A stretch of DNA of 64,000 bases from Vermamoeba vermiformis (lineage: Eukaryota). Shown here piece by piece: positions 37,512-51,759 of the stretch (position 1 is the first letter of the stretch; every line of letters starts with the position of its first letter). Position numbers and translations under genes: made by a program. Location: positions 124,001-188,000 of the forward strand of contig JBEWZL010000098.1 of NCBI GenBank assembly GCA_045837725.1. The letters run 5' to 3'. The notes under the pieces are model-generated. The model was not told the origin of the DNA, ran no database searches, and saw nothing but the letters and a program-made list of their open reading frames with translations.

Positions 37512-40500
37512 ATGAATACCATAACAGACCTTATTCCTCAAGTATCCTCGACAACGAGAAACATTCTCGGGGTGGCGATCGCGTCCGGGTTGGGCCTCGT
37601 TGCGCTCAATAAACTTAGGTCAAATCGGTCGCGACCGAAGAGACTGCCTCGAAGACCAGCAAATAGAGTTGTAAAGAACTCATGCGTCGACCTGGTAGCT
37701 GGATTTGAGCTGGATGCCGACCTTTTGGGCAACAAGGCGTACCATTTGACCAACTTGAAAGCGCTGCAACTCAATGTACCCAATGCATTCGTAGTAACAT
37801 CCGTGGTCTACGAGAGGCACATTGAGCGCTGCAATTGTGACGACTTGATTGCCAGCCTGGCAGACACAAGCTTAAGCGGTAAGATAATTATTATAAAATA
37901 TATACGACAGTAAATTGATTATGTGATTATATAGCACTGATTAAGTTTTTATTCCTAATAAATGCAATAAATTTAAATGTTAAATTTTCAGTGTGTTGAT
38001 GTTATTATTAGATCCTAATCTAAATTAACAGACGCTCAAGTTGAAGAAAATTGTCGTAAAATCAGAGATAGAGTTTTGTCAACGGAAGTCGCGCCAGACT
38101 TACTCGCAGAATGCCAGCAGTTCCTTTCTCAGTTCGAAGGTCCTCTCGGCGTCGCTGTTAGATCGAGTAGCAATCAAGAAGACTCAAAAGGAAAAGCTTT
38201 TGCTGGTCAATTCGAAACTTATTTGAATGTGTCTAAGAATTCTAAAGGTATTTTTTGTTAAGGTCAACTTCAGACCGTAAGACTTGCTCACGATATTTAT
38301 AGATGTTACGGATAAGATCAAGCAAGTATGGGCATCATTATGGACGCCACATGTCATATTATATCGTCGCAAAATGAACTCCAATGAAGTGTCCATTCAC
38401 CCTAAAATGTCCGTGGTCGTGCAAGAGATGGTAGATTCAGCCGTCAGTGGTGTCATATTCAGCGTCAATCCGTTTGGCATGTTCACTGAAGCAATGATCG
38501 AAAGTTACTTCGGTCAAGGCGAGTCACTGGTTTCAGGCGAAATTTCACCGGATCAGTTCATCGTCAACAGAGCTGATCGTAAGATCGTCAAGCAGTCCAT
38601 TGATGTGCATAAGAAGTACGCTATGTACGGTGAGTAATTCTCAAATTGCGGCCTTTGTTCTGCTCTAGGCTAACTTATCGGGAGCTGCAGCGAGCAAAGA
38701 TGGAGGCTTGGTTAAGACAGAACTTTCTCCTTCACTAGCCAAGTCACCTTCATTAACACCTGCGCAAGTGAAGCAACTTGTCGAGCTGGCATTAGAGGTC
38801 GAAAATGAGCTCGAGGCACCTCAAGGTAAGTTTTGTAGCTGGTCGATGAATCACACTCATTCGTTGCAGACATTGAGTTTGCGCTCGACAAGTCAGGCAA
38901 GATTTACTTGTTGCAAGCGAGACCTATCACTACGGGCACGAAGAAGTACTCCTTTTTAAAGGAATGGAAGGCACCAGGCCCTGGTACGTCCTAATGAAAT
39001 TGTCCAAACTGTAACTTATGAGATGGGCATACAGGTGTGTGGACCAAAGAAAATGCGCATCTTAACACGCCTGTCACGCGATTGTATTCCAAGGCAGTGG
39101 AAAAGAATCTGGTGGAAGGCATGCGCTACAGTTCAGCACAGATGTGCGCACCACTGGAAACAATTGAGCAAAAGACCGTCAATGGCTTCGTATATGGTGC
39201 TCCACGTAGTGTCGGCGCACCTCCTAGCGCAAACGGTAAGCGCATACTAATCAAAAGGTGACAAAGTTGACACGTGTCATCGCAGGACCCCCACCAAAAT
39301 GGATCTTTAAAGCACTTGTTCGCATTCACCCCACACTTCGCAAGCGTCTCGCTGGCATTGAAAACGTGTACAAAACCAAGGCTTGGCGCAAACAAATGGA
39401 GTGCTGGCTCAACGAAGACAGAGCTAAGTGCATCGATGGTACACTGGCACTGTCAGCTGTAGATGTCTCTGCACTCTCTGATGACGCGCTGCTAGCTCAT
39501 TTTGTCAAGTGCTACGAGAACGTACGTGACAATATTATTCTCGAGCAGCTAGATTCTAATCGTAGATCAGTGGGGCCTCATGATCTTCCATCATCACAAG
39601 TACACCTTCACCAGCATTACATCTGTCGGAGATTTCTTAGTCCACTTGAAGGAGTGGGGCATCGACTTAATTGACGGCATGCACTTGTTGAGTGGTTTGG
39701 ATCCCATCAGTTACGGGTACGTTAAACACAAGCACAAGGCGGGGTAGCTGACAGCATTATCTGTAGAGTCGAGACATTTGCAGTAGATGACGTATACAAG
39801 TCATTCAAGGAAGATGCCGATGCCCTGCATCTGTTGAAGAACTCCGAAGAAAAGCCAGAAATTGTGCTGGAGAAATTGAGAAACAGATCTGGACCGGTCA
39901 CAGAAGCACTTAAAAAATGTAAGTCAATCACTTGTTCTTGCAGTACATCTGTCTAACTACGACACAAGTCACGCTCCTCGCTGGATTTAGACCGAGCAAG
40001 GGCTACGACATCGACCAGCCAAGCGTCCAAGAAGTGCCGCACTTGTTCTTGGAGGGACTGAGAAAGACGTACGAGTACGGTGCCAAAGAGTTTGTGATCC
40101 CGTCTCCTTCACAAGAAGAAATCAACTCGGTCAGAAATCGCGTGCCGGAGAAAGGTATTATCGAGATTTACTTATTAAGCGTTAGTCTAACCCTGCCAGA
40201 CCGTGCGCTGTTCGACGAATTGCTCGCTGAAGCACAATACATGTACCCGCTCCGCGATCAACGAGCCATGTACGGTGACCTGCTGGCCTGCGGTCCATTG
40301 CGATTTGCAGTGCTTGAGATTGGAAAGAGACTGGTGCAGAAGAAAATACTTCCCAGGGCTGAGGTGCGCCAAAGCAAAATCAGATAAATTCACGAGTACT
40401 AACGCACGATTAGCTGGCTCTGAGTGCGAGTGACGAAGAGCTGACGCTGATGCTGAGCAAGCCCAACGAGGACCATTCAGCCTTGGCAGCACTATTGCAA

Positions 40501-41126
40501 GAATGGGACGAGTACAGACGTACGACTGACCCTGGCACAGTGCCCGAGTTCTTGGGCGGTGTGCCTGCTGAGCCACCTCCAGCTGACTGGTAAGTAAAGA
40601 ACTCTATAAGACAGAGGAAGGTCTAACACGAGTGCTAGGTTCCCCGACCCGTATTCACAACGCATGATGAAAGCCGTCTCGTTAGTTATTCCAATGGTTC
40701 TCAGCGCTGGTCGTCCAAATCCAGCTGGTCAAGCACTGGAAGACAAGAAACTTGTGGGCATTTCAGGGGCACGTGGTGTCGTTGAAGGACGTGTCAAACT
40801 CGTCAAATCATTGGACACGGACCAGCACAACTTCCAGAAAGGAGGTACGAGCTCACCGTATTATGGATAACTTATCTTATATTGACACGAACGTGACAGA
40901 TATCCTCGTGACGTACTGCACGTCATCCTCGTTCTGCTTGTTGCTGTCACAGAGTGCCGCTGTCATCACTGAAGAAGGCGGTGCTTTGTCACACGCAGCA
41001 ATCACCGCACGTGAGCTGCACATTCCTGCCGTGGTGGCTGCTAGGAATGCCATGCAAGTGCTGCAAGACGGCATGTTGGTGCGAGTTGACGGCAATGCTG
41101 GCATCGTGCACATATTGTCAGAATAA
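37512..41126 (+). CDS. PEP-utilising dikinase with rifampicin phosphotransferase/PigC-type domain order (ATP-grasp - substrate domain - C-terminal phospho-His swivel)
   Basis: LGNKA..L, VPNAFVVT, AVRSSSNQED..AFAGQFETYLNV, VVVQEMV, SGVIFS, GQGESLVSG, DIEFA and LLQARPIT, with C-terminal TEEGGALSHAAITARELHIPAVV (His at ~40992); many introns. Confidence 0.85.
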
Positions 41127-41189
41127 ATGTTCAAATAATAAATTAGTAATTTTTTGTTTATTTACGACGCATTTGTTTTTTGTTCGGCA

Positions 41190-43959
41190 CTAACTGACGC
41201 GCACACGATTAGCCTCCCAGTTGATCAAACCAGGATAACTGGACTTGGTCTCCATGCTGAACAACAATGTTGCGCCTTCACGTTTCTGTTCAATGACTGC
41301 ACCGTGATCTTCTAAAAACTTTTTGCACTCTTCTTCGTTCTCAAAATGCAGTTCTTTAATAATAAATTCAAACGGCACTTCGGGTCGGAACCTGAAACAA
41401 GGTTAATCGAGCTGCATTAACCATGACTACGACTTGTGACTTACGATTTGCTCATGACTTTCAGCGCAATAAATCGCACGTCATCGAAGAGTGCTTCCAT
41501 AATGTATTGCCCCATATTCGGTGCTTTGTCATATAAGTTGAAAAAGCCGTGATAATCTTGCAAGAAAAATGCCCGTTCAACCTGATAGCAATAATATTAA
41601 TGGGTACAAGTCAATTCTAACGGTAATATAGTCGTATTACGTACTTGCATAGCGTGCTTGATAAACGCATTGCTTTTCATATCTTTCGTTAAATCTTTAT
41701 ACAATAATACAAGACCTAATCCATAGTGTTAATATATTTTTTCAGAGTGAGTCTAGTGCGCTACTTACTTGAATTGTTTCGCTCATACAATAAATACAAA
41801 ATTCTATACGCAGTGAACTCCATGACGTTGCCAGGCACGCCCATATTATACAACACTTTCAGATTGGACTGGCACTGATTGAACTCGATAATGTCGCCGT
41901 TCTCTAAACACAGCCGCGCGTGTGTCTCGTACACTTCGACAGCGAACTCGTTTTTGATGCTTTGTACCTGCACCACATGCCTGCATTAGTACGCGACACC
42001 TCGATGTTAGCAATCACAATGCGACTCACAGTGAGATCTTGTCGAATGGACTTCATTTGCTCGCAGACATAGTCCCAGTCCTCAGTGTTTTTCCACCGCT
42101 CTTTGACCATTTGAAAAGACTGTTTTAACACGGCTTCAGGTCTGACGGTTGACGGGTCTGGCACGCGTGTCAAGCGGAAATATTCTTTTTCTAGCGCCGT
42201 TGACGTGCCTTTTATGGTCATTTTATCCCAGTCAATTTCATCTGTCATCTAAAAAGATCAAGTGTCACATCAATAACACTTCCTATTTAGGCAATTACAA
42301 TGCCATTACGTACCGTGTCAATGAGCGGTCCTCGAACGGGCTGTGAGAACACAACAGGATTCTTTTTCTTGTGCTCTTTGTTGTCTTTTTGAAATCGTTT
42401 CCGCCGTTCATCTGCGCGCTCATCTTGAAAATTCTTTTCGATACTATATATGGGAATAACCTCAGTTGGTAACTATAATACTAATATAGTAATAATGCTG
42501 CGTACCTGGGTGCCTTCCTCTTGCCTAAAATAGTCACGGTGACTTTGCCAGGCCTGAACATAATTCACAAATGTTAGTAACAAAGTTAATATACCTAACC
42601 CAATGCTATAGTCAATGTGCGAGTATGAATCAACAACACATCGTTAATATAATGTTATAAATATCACGAACAATACGGGCACGGGCTCTTTGAGCCAATC
42701 TTTCGTGTTCAAATTGCCGTCAGTGATGGCCTGTTTGATGGCATCGCGCAACAAGAGCTCCATTTGACTCTTTTCTTCCTCGGCTAAACAAAGAAAGCAC
42801 GTGATTGGTCAGTTACTGCTCGTAGAATTATTACTTCACGGACTTACTTTCACAGGTCGCAAAAGATCGTTCAACATAAGCACGCACATCAGGGGTCCAA
42901 TTAACCCTATTTAACATAAAGGTAAGTAAATTATAGTGCTACATATGATAGACTAGGCACTTAAGCCACGTACGAGGACTGTTGTTGTTTTTGTTGCTGT
43001 TGGATCTGTTGTCGTTTCAATTTCCTCTGCTGACTCTTCGACAACTGCTGTGCAATGCTCGAGGCCTGTTGCACTTTGGTTTGAAAGTCGTTGTCGGGCC
43101 CTGGTGCCGCGCTATTGTTGTTATTGGGCTTGGGCTGTTGAGGCAACAGTCCTGCTGCGCGTTTTTGTGCCTCTAATTTCTTTTCTATTGATAATTAACG
43201 TTAATAACATGTTCCATATCTGTATATTGCCATTTCTCGGCAATGTTATACCGCTAAAATAATTAGCTAGATCTTGCCACCGTCAAGTCGCCCATCAATT
43301 ATATGTATAGTATAGTGTACTTACTGGCCTCATCTAATTGCTGTGCCTGTTGTATTGTCGGATAATTGTTCGCATAACTCGCGGCAGTGCTGGCAGCAGT
43401 TTGACCCGTGCCAGTGTACGTCGCTTGTTGCTGGTACTGCTGTGGCCAGTAGCCGTAATATTGATAGTATTGATAATATTGTTGGTACTATTAATAAATG
43501 TCATATGAGTAAGGCTATTAGATAATTACTGGGGTAGTACCTGCTCCGGCGTCATTTGTTGATTGTAACCATAATTAGCCCTAGTAGCGAAGATAAATTA
43601 ATATCTAGCTAGTTAAAATATATCATATGTAGTACCAAGCAGCGGCCCATTGTTGCTGTTGCGCATCAGTGCCAGCAGGCCAAGTTCCTGAAATTAATAA
43701 ATTGTAAACTTGTCCCAAAAATCGGAATAAATTTAATATAATATTACCTGTATTCTGTTGATATTGTTGTGTCATATTAGCCGTTTGACCTGGCGTAAAA
43801 CCGCCTCTATTCAATTATAAAATTAATTCAAATTCAGATCTCGATAATGGCCATGTAAATAGACCAAACATTACTATATTCATGCAAAGGGAAAATACAA
43901 AATTAATTATCTATTTCCTGTCCTTAAACGTACTGTTGAGCTGAGTTTGGATTTGACAT
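41190..43959 (-). CDS. LENG8: SAC3/GANP/THP3 family protein (LENG8-like)
   Basis: Gln/Tyr-rich N-terminus, then [55 protein letters not shown] and EFTAYRILY. Confidence 0.9.
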
Positions 43960-44021
43960 CACATCTATCTTCGTGGATCAAATGTAATAATTGGCTAATA
44001 CTTCTATATTATTAGCTCTAT

Positions 44022-44915
44022 TTACAATTTTGTCTTCAGTTGTGGTCTGATGCTCGAAATAGAAATGTTGGTTGAAAGCCGCGACACCGTAACATACACT
44101 TCAAGTTTTTTTTCGTTCCAAATCGAACCCAAAAAGGATTCAGCCAATTCCACGTATTCCACGAGATTATTTAAAATTTTAAACATCGTCGCAATTTGAC
44201 AACTACCACTCAAGAAAAAATAGCCAGAATTAATATGTAATGCCGTCAGTGCTCTGACACTAAAACGACACCCGAACCGTACACGAAAAAAAGCCATTGC
44301 CCTGATTTAAATGCCGCATGCGCGCTCACCAACTGCCAAAGCTACTCCCACTACGACGCCAAAAACAATGGAGAGCAAAAAGAAAGGCTCTGGCCTGAAA
44401 GAATATATCAGCAGCTTGCTCCATACCAGAGGAAATTACTAATTTCCGGAAAAAGCCGGACGAAAACGAATCATTCTAAAAAAATACTTACAGACACGAG
44501 GAGCTTGAAGCCGCCAAGTAAATGAACATAGATACTCGAAGCTAACTTCTGTTTTTTTGTCGTTGGTCAGATTTACGTTGAAGCTCGAAATAATCGCGCA
44601 ACTTGTATCAAATAATTTTGAAGAATAAATATCAAAATATTGTGTAATAGTCTTGCGATCTTTGGTCCCCCGGAAATCGAAAAATAAATAATTGTGAAAT
44701 CCAGGCGGAAGATGTGCTGAAACTGAATCTTTGGCATTGTTTGTAGGGTGACGTATCATTTTTGAGTGTATTAATGGTCCAAATATTTTTTGGAAGTACG
44801 CTGCAATTGTTTTGAACGGGATTGCAAGCATTGGTGGCTCGATGCACTTGCCTTCCGCCAGTGTTTCTTCCTCCCACTCCAAGTGCTGAATTTGGTCATT
44901 AGTATTGTCGGCCAT
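44022..44915 (-). CDS. Hypothetical protein
   Basis: A 158-aa ORF can be joined in frame to the downstream ORF at 44022-44297 through two GT-AG introns, one of them only ~28 nt. I recognise no domain. Confidence 0.4.
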
Positions 44916-45321
44916 CGTCCCGACGTGCTTTACAATAAAAATAAATGCGTTGTAATGGACAATTCCAAAAAGCGTAAGTCTTGAAGTGTTTTCGGACTGA
45001 CAGGGAACCTCACGCGAAGTCCTAGTCGAGCTAATACGTACAGTATACCTGCTTCTAACGCAAACGCGATTTTAACATTCCATCTAAATTAATGCCCTTG
45101 TTGCCACTAGATGGGATGAGAAAGTAAGGGTTAATCAACTTTCGTGTGATCTTCGTCTCCATGGCTCTTTAACCACTATTCTGAATGACTCGAATCTAAA
45201 TAAATGCGAAACCAAACAAAGACACATGCCAAACGAATGTAAACCAGTTGGCGCCTTTTTTTAAATTTTCATTTGTCCTCAAACCATCACGTTCGAAGCA
45301 ACAATAGCACGATAATATATC

Positions 45322-46289
45322 ATGGCACTAGATTTGAGTATTACCGCAGCTCAGATCGAATTTCTAGCCGAGGATGAAAAAGTCACGATCATCCCTAACT
45401 TCAAGCTGGATTCAATGGCATTTATCGGGGTAAGTCACTATAAATTAATTTGTAGTGCAGGGATTATAATAGCGAGAAATCACGGCTTTTTTACTCGAAT
45501 TATAAATTTATAATTAACGAAATAATATCGTAGGGCGAGTACGGACCGTTTATCCCTTTAGTGCCCATAGATATTCCATTATGGCTCGCGATTACATTTA
45601 AGAAAAGACAAAAATGTAAAATTAAGCCTCCTGCGTGGTTGTCAGTCGGTATGGGCGCGATCCATTCTCTTTGCTATTATAGAACTCGTATTAATTAATC
45701 TGCAGATCATTTAACCAACGTACTTGCTGCTGAGCGAAAATCAGCGGGCAGTAAAGGCATTTTAACGTTTGAAAAGCTGCCGTTCCATTACATGGAGATC
45801 GCGACACAACTGCTTGATAAGTAAGCCTCAAACACTCGATATTGACTCGAATAGATGTTAATGCTGTGTATATCAGTGCCTCAGATGATATTCCAAATAG
45901 CGAGCGTATTAGAACGCTAATAGAAGACTTGTGGGCTCAACGTAACAACAAGATCCGCGATGGTTTAGCGTCCGGAGTTCAGAGTCAAAATCGCCATTTT
46001 ATTGGTGTAAGTACTTTAATATACAATTCAATGAGAAATATAGAACGTTGCGGGTACTAACAGTGGTTACATCCAGCTCAACGATGTTTGTGCACTTGAA
46101 TTGAACACATTGCGACCACTGCTATTAGAAACGATGAATAAGATGCATGCGCTCGAAGCAGAGTCTACTGGCGTACAATCAGTCAAAAATCCGTTCCAGT
46201 ACACACCTGGATCCGGTTCCTCGCGCGCCACTCAAGGCTCAGCCAGTTCTACTGCTACTCGTCGTTCTGTGCGTCAATTTAACCAGTAA
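45322..46289 (+). CDS. PSF2: GINS complex subunit Psf2
   Basis: [62 protein letters not shown] and ELNTLRP. Confidence 0.95.
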
Positions 46290-46366
46290 TATATATGAAA
46301 CTCATCGCCATATCCGAGTGGATAGTCGGTGCTTGTAAATAGAGAATTATAAAACAATTATTTTTA

Positions 46367-49300
46367 TTATGACGCCCTATTCAACAGCACTAATACCTCT
46401 TTCAATCGCGTGGCCCACACAAAGTCCTCGTTATGCACTTTAATTCCGAGAATTCGGCGCTTATTTTCTTCGGTCATGACGGCGCTGACTTGCTCGCTCG
46501 TCAAATGTCCGAACAAGACTTTCATCAACGAGGCCACTTTGACACGATCTACCAGCCACCAAGGACTAGTCTCGCGTGCATTTATGATGGTCAATAAGTG
46601 GTACTTGGCGTGTACTGAGAGTTGTTGATCTAATTCAGTGAGCAGTTGATGCACCGTGAACACGCTGAATGGACTGAAACACAGCGCAACTGCTGCTTCG
46701 GGCTCATTGTTGTTCAGCCGCAGAACTGTTGCCTTCAACTGCTCGTAGTCTAGTCTCATATTACTGTAGTGAAACATATCGATGAACAGTTGCACAGTGC
46801 GCGTCAAGTCCTGCGACAAGAGCTTCTTGTTGACACGGATCTGATTCTTGTCTGTTGTTCGCAGTGTTTCTTTCAAGGTGTTTACGAGCTGATAATAACT
46901 CTCGTCAAAATCACTCGGCTTATTCTTCTTGGCCCACTCGAGCACCGCATTGGGCAAGTACTTGTTGTCGAGCACTAAATTGCCCGTGCCTTCAGTACTT
47001 TGCTGCGTGATTTGGTTCAACGACGACTCCAACACGCTGCAAATATCTTCGTCGCCCGAGTATATCATCAGTGCCTGTCTCAGACTCTGACTAGCATACG
47101 TCGAGTCCACCAACACTAGACTCTGACTCAAGTACTCGAGACATGTTTGGTACGCGTGCTTTCGACCGTCATAAGGCAGTCCAGGGTGATACAAGCCCAT
47201 GTCAATCACTTCCCAATACAAGTGCTTGACTTGATCCAAGCTAATAGCACTATGTTGTGCCAGAGCGAGTACTATCTGACAGCGCTCTTTTAAGCCAACA
47301 GTTGAATCACCAACCAATTCGAGCAACACTTGTTGACCTGCCTGTTGTAGCTGAAGTAGACCTTAAGGTGTCATTAGATTTAAAATTAATATAAAGCATG
47401 CATACCTCGCAAGTACGATGCTAGCTCTTGATAAGTCACTGACAGCTTGCCAATCAATTTCAACAATCCTTGCTTCACTGCTGGGATGACCTTTGGCTCC
47501 TCAAAACAGCATAATAACTCTGCCAGCCTCGTGTTCTGGTGCTCCGTAATTTCGTACAATCTCAGTAGGGCTCCAAGTGAGCGGTGATCTTTTGAAGTGG
47601 CCAGGAAGTCTTGGACAGTCCGAGCCAGCCAATTGATGTCTTCTCTGCGCTGCAGTGTGCCAAGCTGTTCGTCAATACAGCTCAAGATCACTTCAATGCC
47701 ACTGCGGTCTGTGATTTGACCTGGGCCTGTTATGTTTTCAGTGAAGCACATCTTGACCACAGTCGATATCAATAATTGTTGCAAAGGCTAGACAAAGATC
47801 GTTAGACGACTCCTTTAACTATTTGAACACTAGTACATACCCAATGCAAGGCCAATCTTTTCGAGGTCGTTTGCAAGACCGACATGACAGGTTTCAAGTC
47901 AAACACATCGTCTTCTGGATAAGGACGTGTTTGATACAATTGCACAATCGCTCTCAGTGCTCTAATCGCTGATTGTATAGTGTCGTTTGTCTGTTTAGTC
48001 TTCTGCGTGCTGTTGTTAAGTACGTCCAGCACACTGCTCAGCACGAGCTCTTTCAGTTCTTTCGAGTATCTCAACTCGGAAAAAGGACCAAAATCTCGTT
48101 CGTGACAGATGTACGCGTTCTCGTAGATCTTGCCAATGCCCAACAAACAGCCACTCGCGTGCTCTTGGCTCGACAATTTGTTGACAAGAAAGCGCACTCC
48201 TGATTCAACTCTAGCAGACTGTTAACGGCAGCAAGAAATGAAAGGGAGGCACTTACCCAGTGTGCGCTGAAAACACTTTGAATGCAGGCTCGGACAAATT
48301 GATGTTGTTCTCTTTGTCGTAATATTGCAAATGTTCTGCGCAAAAGTCAGCAATATCTCCGCTGACCTTCCACGACCAAAATATCTCGATGGCACGTGAT
48401 TTGATCTCCATGTCCGTTTGCAGCGGAATCCACTGGAACAACATTGTCTTGACCACCCCATTGTCGGGATAGTTCTTCACTGCCTCGAGACACGACAACA
48501 AGTCACTCTTTGGCATTGACTCTGGGTCATATTTTTCAATCGATTCGAGCACGCTGTCGAGACTCATTTGTTTGCGCGAGATTTGCTGCAACACTTTGCG
48601 CAGTGAATTAGCCATGGCTCTGTCAGTCGTCTTGTCCACAATAGTAGTGATAGCTGACGCTGCTTCTTCACCGTACAGCTCCAAGGCTCTGTAGGGTACT
48701 TTGATGTCGTAGTGCGTCGAGTACAAGAAGTTGATCAGCACTGGCAGCGATGACTTGCTCTTCAGAAGTGCGAGAGCTAGAGCGGCAAGACTCGGGTGAT
48801 AGACAGCCTTCAAGTCAGGGAACATGACTTCGTATTCGAGCAGTGGTACGTCTTCGGGGTACTTGAGGAAGAATCGTGCTGCACGCTCAAAGTCTGCAAG
48901 TTGAGGACCACCTCGTTGACTGAATGACGGACGCGGTTTCTGAATTAGTTAGATAAATCTTAATAATGCATCCATAATATAATATTATATCATACCTCCA
49001 TGCCTAGCCGGAAATTATTATACAATTCCACGTTGCGAAGTTTGATCAACAAGTACTCGCACAACACGCGACACTTGACATCGTCCATATTGAACTCGTC
49101 CTGTTTTTTGACAATTGATTTTGACTGAACGGGCATCGAGGTCCTTTTGAGGCCAGTGAGTTCGTGTTCTAAGGCCTCAACAAATAACGGGCCCTTCGCT
49201 ACATTGTACAGCTCACGTGCCATGTCTCGACCAGTGGACGAGGCACAAATGGCTCTCAATATTACATTCAAATGCTGAAAGAGAATTAGCTAATAAATAC

Positions 49301-51528
49301 CTCATAATAGGTATGGGTATACTCACCGAGAAGTTGTTGTGAAATTGAATGAGGTAATGCGCACAGAAGTAATGCAGTGAATATTCTCCGCTGAAATCTG
49401 AAGGTGCACTCAAGAGTTGTGACATTGTTTCAGCAGGAATGACGTGCACACCAGCACTCAAGCTCAACACAATGGGCGCTAAGTGGTTCAACAGTTCGTG
49501 GCCGTACAGCACTTTTTGCGCGTCTGATTTGGCTGCCAACTGATTCAACTTCTCTGTCAATGAACTGAACAAGGCCTCGCTCTTAGTGGTCGATAAGATG
49601 GACACTTCAATCAGCTTTAATAGCACTTTTAAATCGAGTTTGCTCGAGGCTACTATCGACAGGAAGAACTGTGAAAATATCGTTAGCACTCGGGACCTAA
49701 TTTTAAGAAGATGCGTACCTCTCCTAAGTCCTCATTATGACCGACAAGACTATCTAATATTTTGACTTGCATGTGCGGTGATTCGAGAGTGAATCGCTTG
49801 GCTAACACTTTGCGACCAAACTCATTGACAATGAAGCACGGAGCAGTGGCGGGATTGATCTTTCTGTGCGTCAAAAATGCCTCGCAGTGCAGGTAGAACG
49901 GCACTTTCAATGAAGTCGGGATCACAAAGTCGATTTGATAGCGATGCGAGGCTTGATGGAATGCAACATAGCCCGTGCCATTGACATCTATATATATGAT
50001 ACCAGTTAGTCTTAATGTACGAGTAATGCACAGTCTTACTCATTCTGTGCCGTTCAAGGTAGTCCGTCACTGTTCGATAAAAGTCATGCGCGGCCAGAGC
50101 ACATTCAATCTCGAACAGTACTCCGTGCCCCACGACTTGAGCCATCAAGTTATCAGCGCTAATAATAGATGGTCAGATAACGTCAAAACTCATTGCCGTC
50201 ACCTTACTTTTTGATTGTCTCTTGCAAGAATGGCACTGCCTTGTCTCCGTACTTGATGATTGATCGTCGGATGATGCCAGGTGACAACAATTTGGCTGAA
50301 AATACAGCGGAATTTCTGTACTGTTCGACAGCCACTAACAGTATTTTGAAGATAAATTCGAGACCGGGCATGTGCTGCAATACTCCGAATCCGTTGAAAA
50401 TCGATTCGATCAACAAGTGCTCGCTCGATAATAAATACGCTATATTAGTCTCCATAAATGATTGCAATATCTCTGCATATGAATGACTCGCTAATTCTGG
50501 TCGTTCATTCACTGCTGCAACTACGCGCATGACACGTGTCACTTGCTCGACTGTCATCTTCAACACATTGGATTGAATTATCTGCACTAGATAACTCTTT
50601 TGTGAAGCTATTATATATAACTATTAGTCTCCTTATAGTGGATCATATGCCTTACTTGACAACGCTCGAAACAGAGACTCGTAGGTGTCCATTGAAAGAT
50701 CTGAGTGCGCGAGAGTCCAAACGAAAGTTGGAATAACCTCAGGGTGATTATAGTGCCTTAATATCCTATCAAACACGTCCCAATATACTTCTTGTGGCGT
50801 CATTTCATGGGAATCAAGTGACCGCCCAGTCGATGGATCTATTGGCATCATACACAGTACTCTCGCCAGTACATAGTCGCATGCTAGTCCTGTGCCCGAT
50901 TCTTCATATGGTATGACTGACTTGCCATGCTTGGGTACGATACTTGAATGGAAAGCTACATGCTCGAAATTGTGCTCAAGCATTAGATCTGCATTTAAAA
51001 TCATCGCCTTTATAGCCTTCACTAATAATCTCTCGCGCCAATTCTTTGCCTGCATGCTTTGCGTCAGTATATCGACAATATTTAATCTAAATGCTTACAG
51101 AAAGAAGCTTTTCGTTAAGATAAGGCAAGATCTCTTTTCCTCGGGAAGCAAACAAGTACATTGCTGTATGTAATCCTCGTCCATTGGCACTTGATAATTT
51201 GTTGAATGTAATATCGAGGTCTAAATAATTAATGGATGTTAAATAATTGAGAATACGGCGAAAAATCTTACTCTTTTTTTGAAGCAGGACTTCTTTGACT
51301 TCTGTAGGCAGATTTAACTTCTTAATTTCGTCTGTTGAATATTTGTCGCATATTGCAATCATGCACAGCTCTCGAAGACGAGGCAGAGGCTCTTGTTTTG
51401 ACGGATCTGTCGATTTATCAATACGCAGCGATCACAATTATTTAACCATCATGCTACGCATAACGTGGCTCTTTGTTATATTTCATATTTATTTTGGTTT
51501 GCATTCCTCACTTACTTGTTAGATCCAT
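46367..51528 (-). CDS. Large alpha-helical (HEAT/ARM-like) protein with N-terminal BC-box/SOCS-box-like motif
   Basis: A chain of long same-strand ORFs joined by short GT-AG introns, Leu-rich and helical. The spliced N-terminus reads MDLTNPSKQEPLPRLRELCMIAICDK...LNLPTEVKEVLLQ. Confidence 0.7.
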
Positions 51529-51759
51529 CGATTGCAATTGGATTTGGCCAGCTTGTGTACACAGGCAGAAGAATTTCTTTAACACATATTTATATATGGT
51601 ATATTAATACCAGAATGTTGGTGTTCTGTTCGCTTCTTGCCAATAAAAGGTGCTGGATCGCAAAACTTTATTTTTTGTATTCTGTCGTCCTGACTGAATC
51701 CACTACGGACGTGATCCTATTTAATTATTAATATATTCATCTGTATCATATAATACACC

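Noticed and set aside
44300-44330. TGA read-through (selenocysteine) in the hypothetical gene
   Set aside because: Read-through meets another stop soon afterwards. A short intron or a true stop is simpler.
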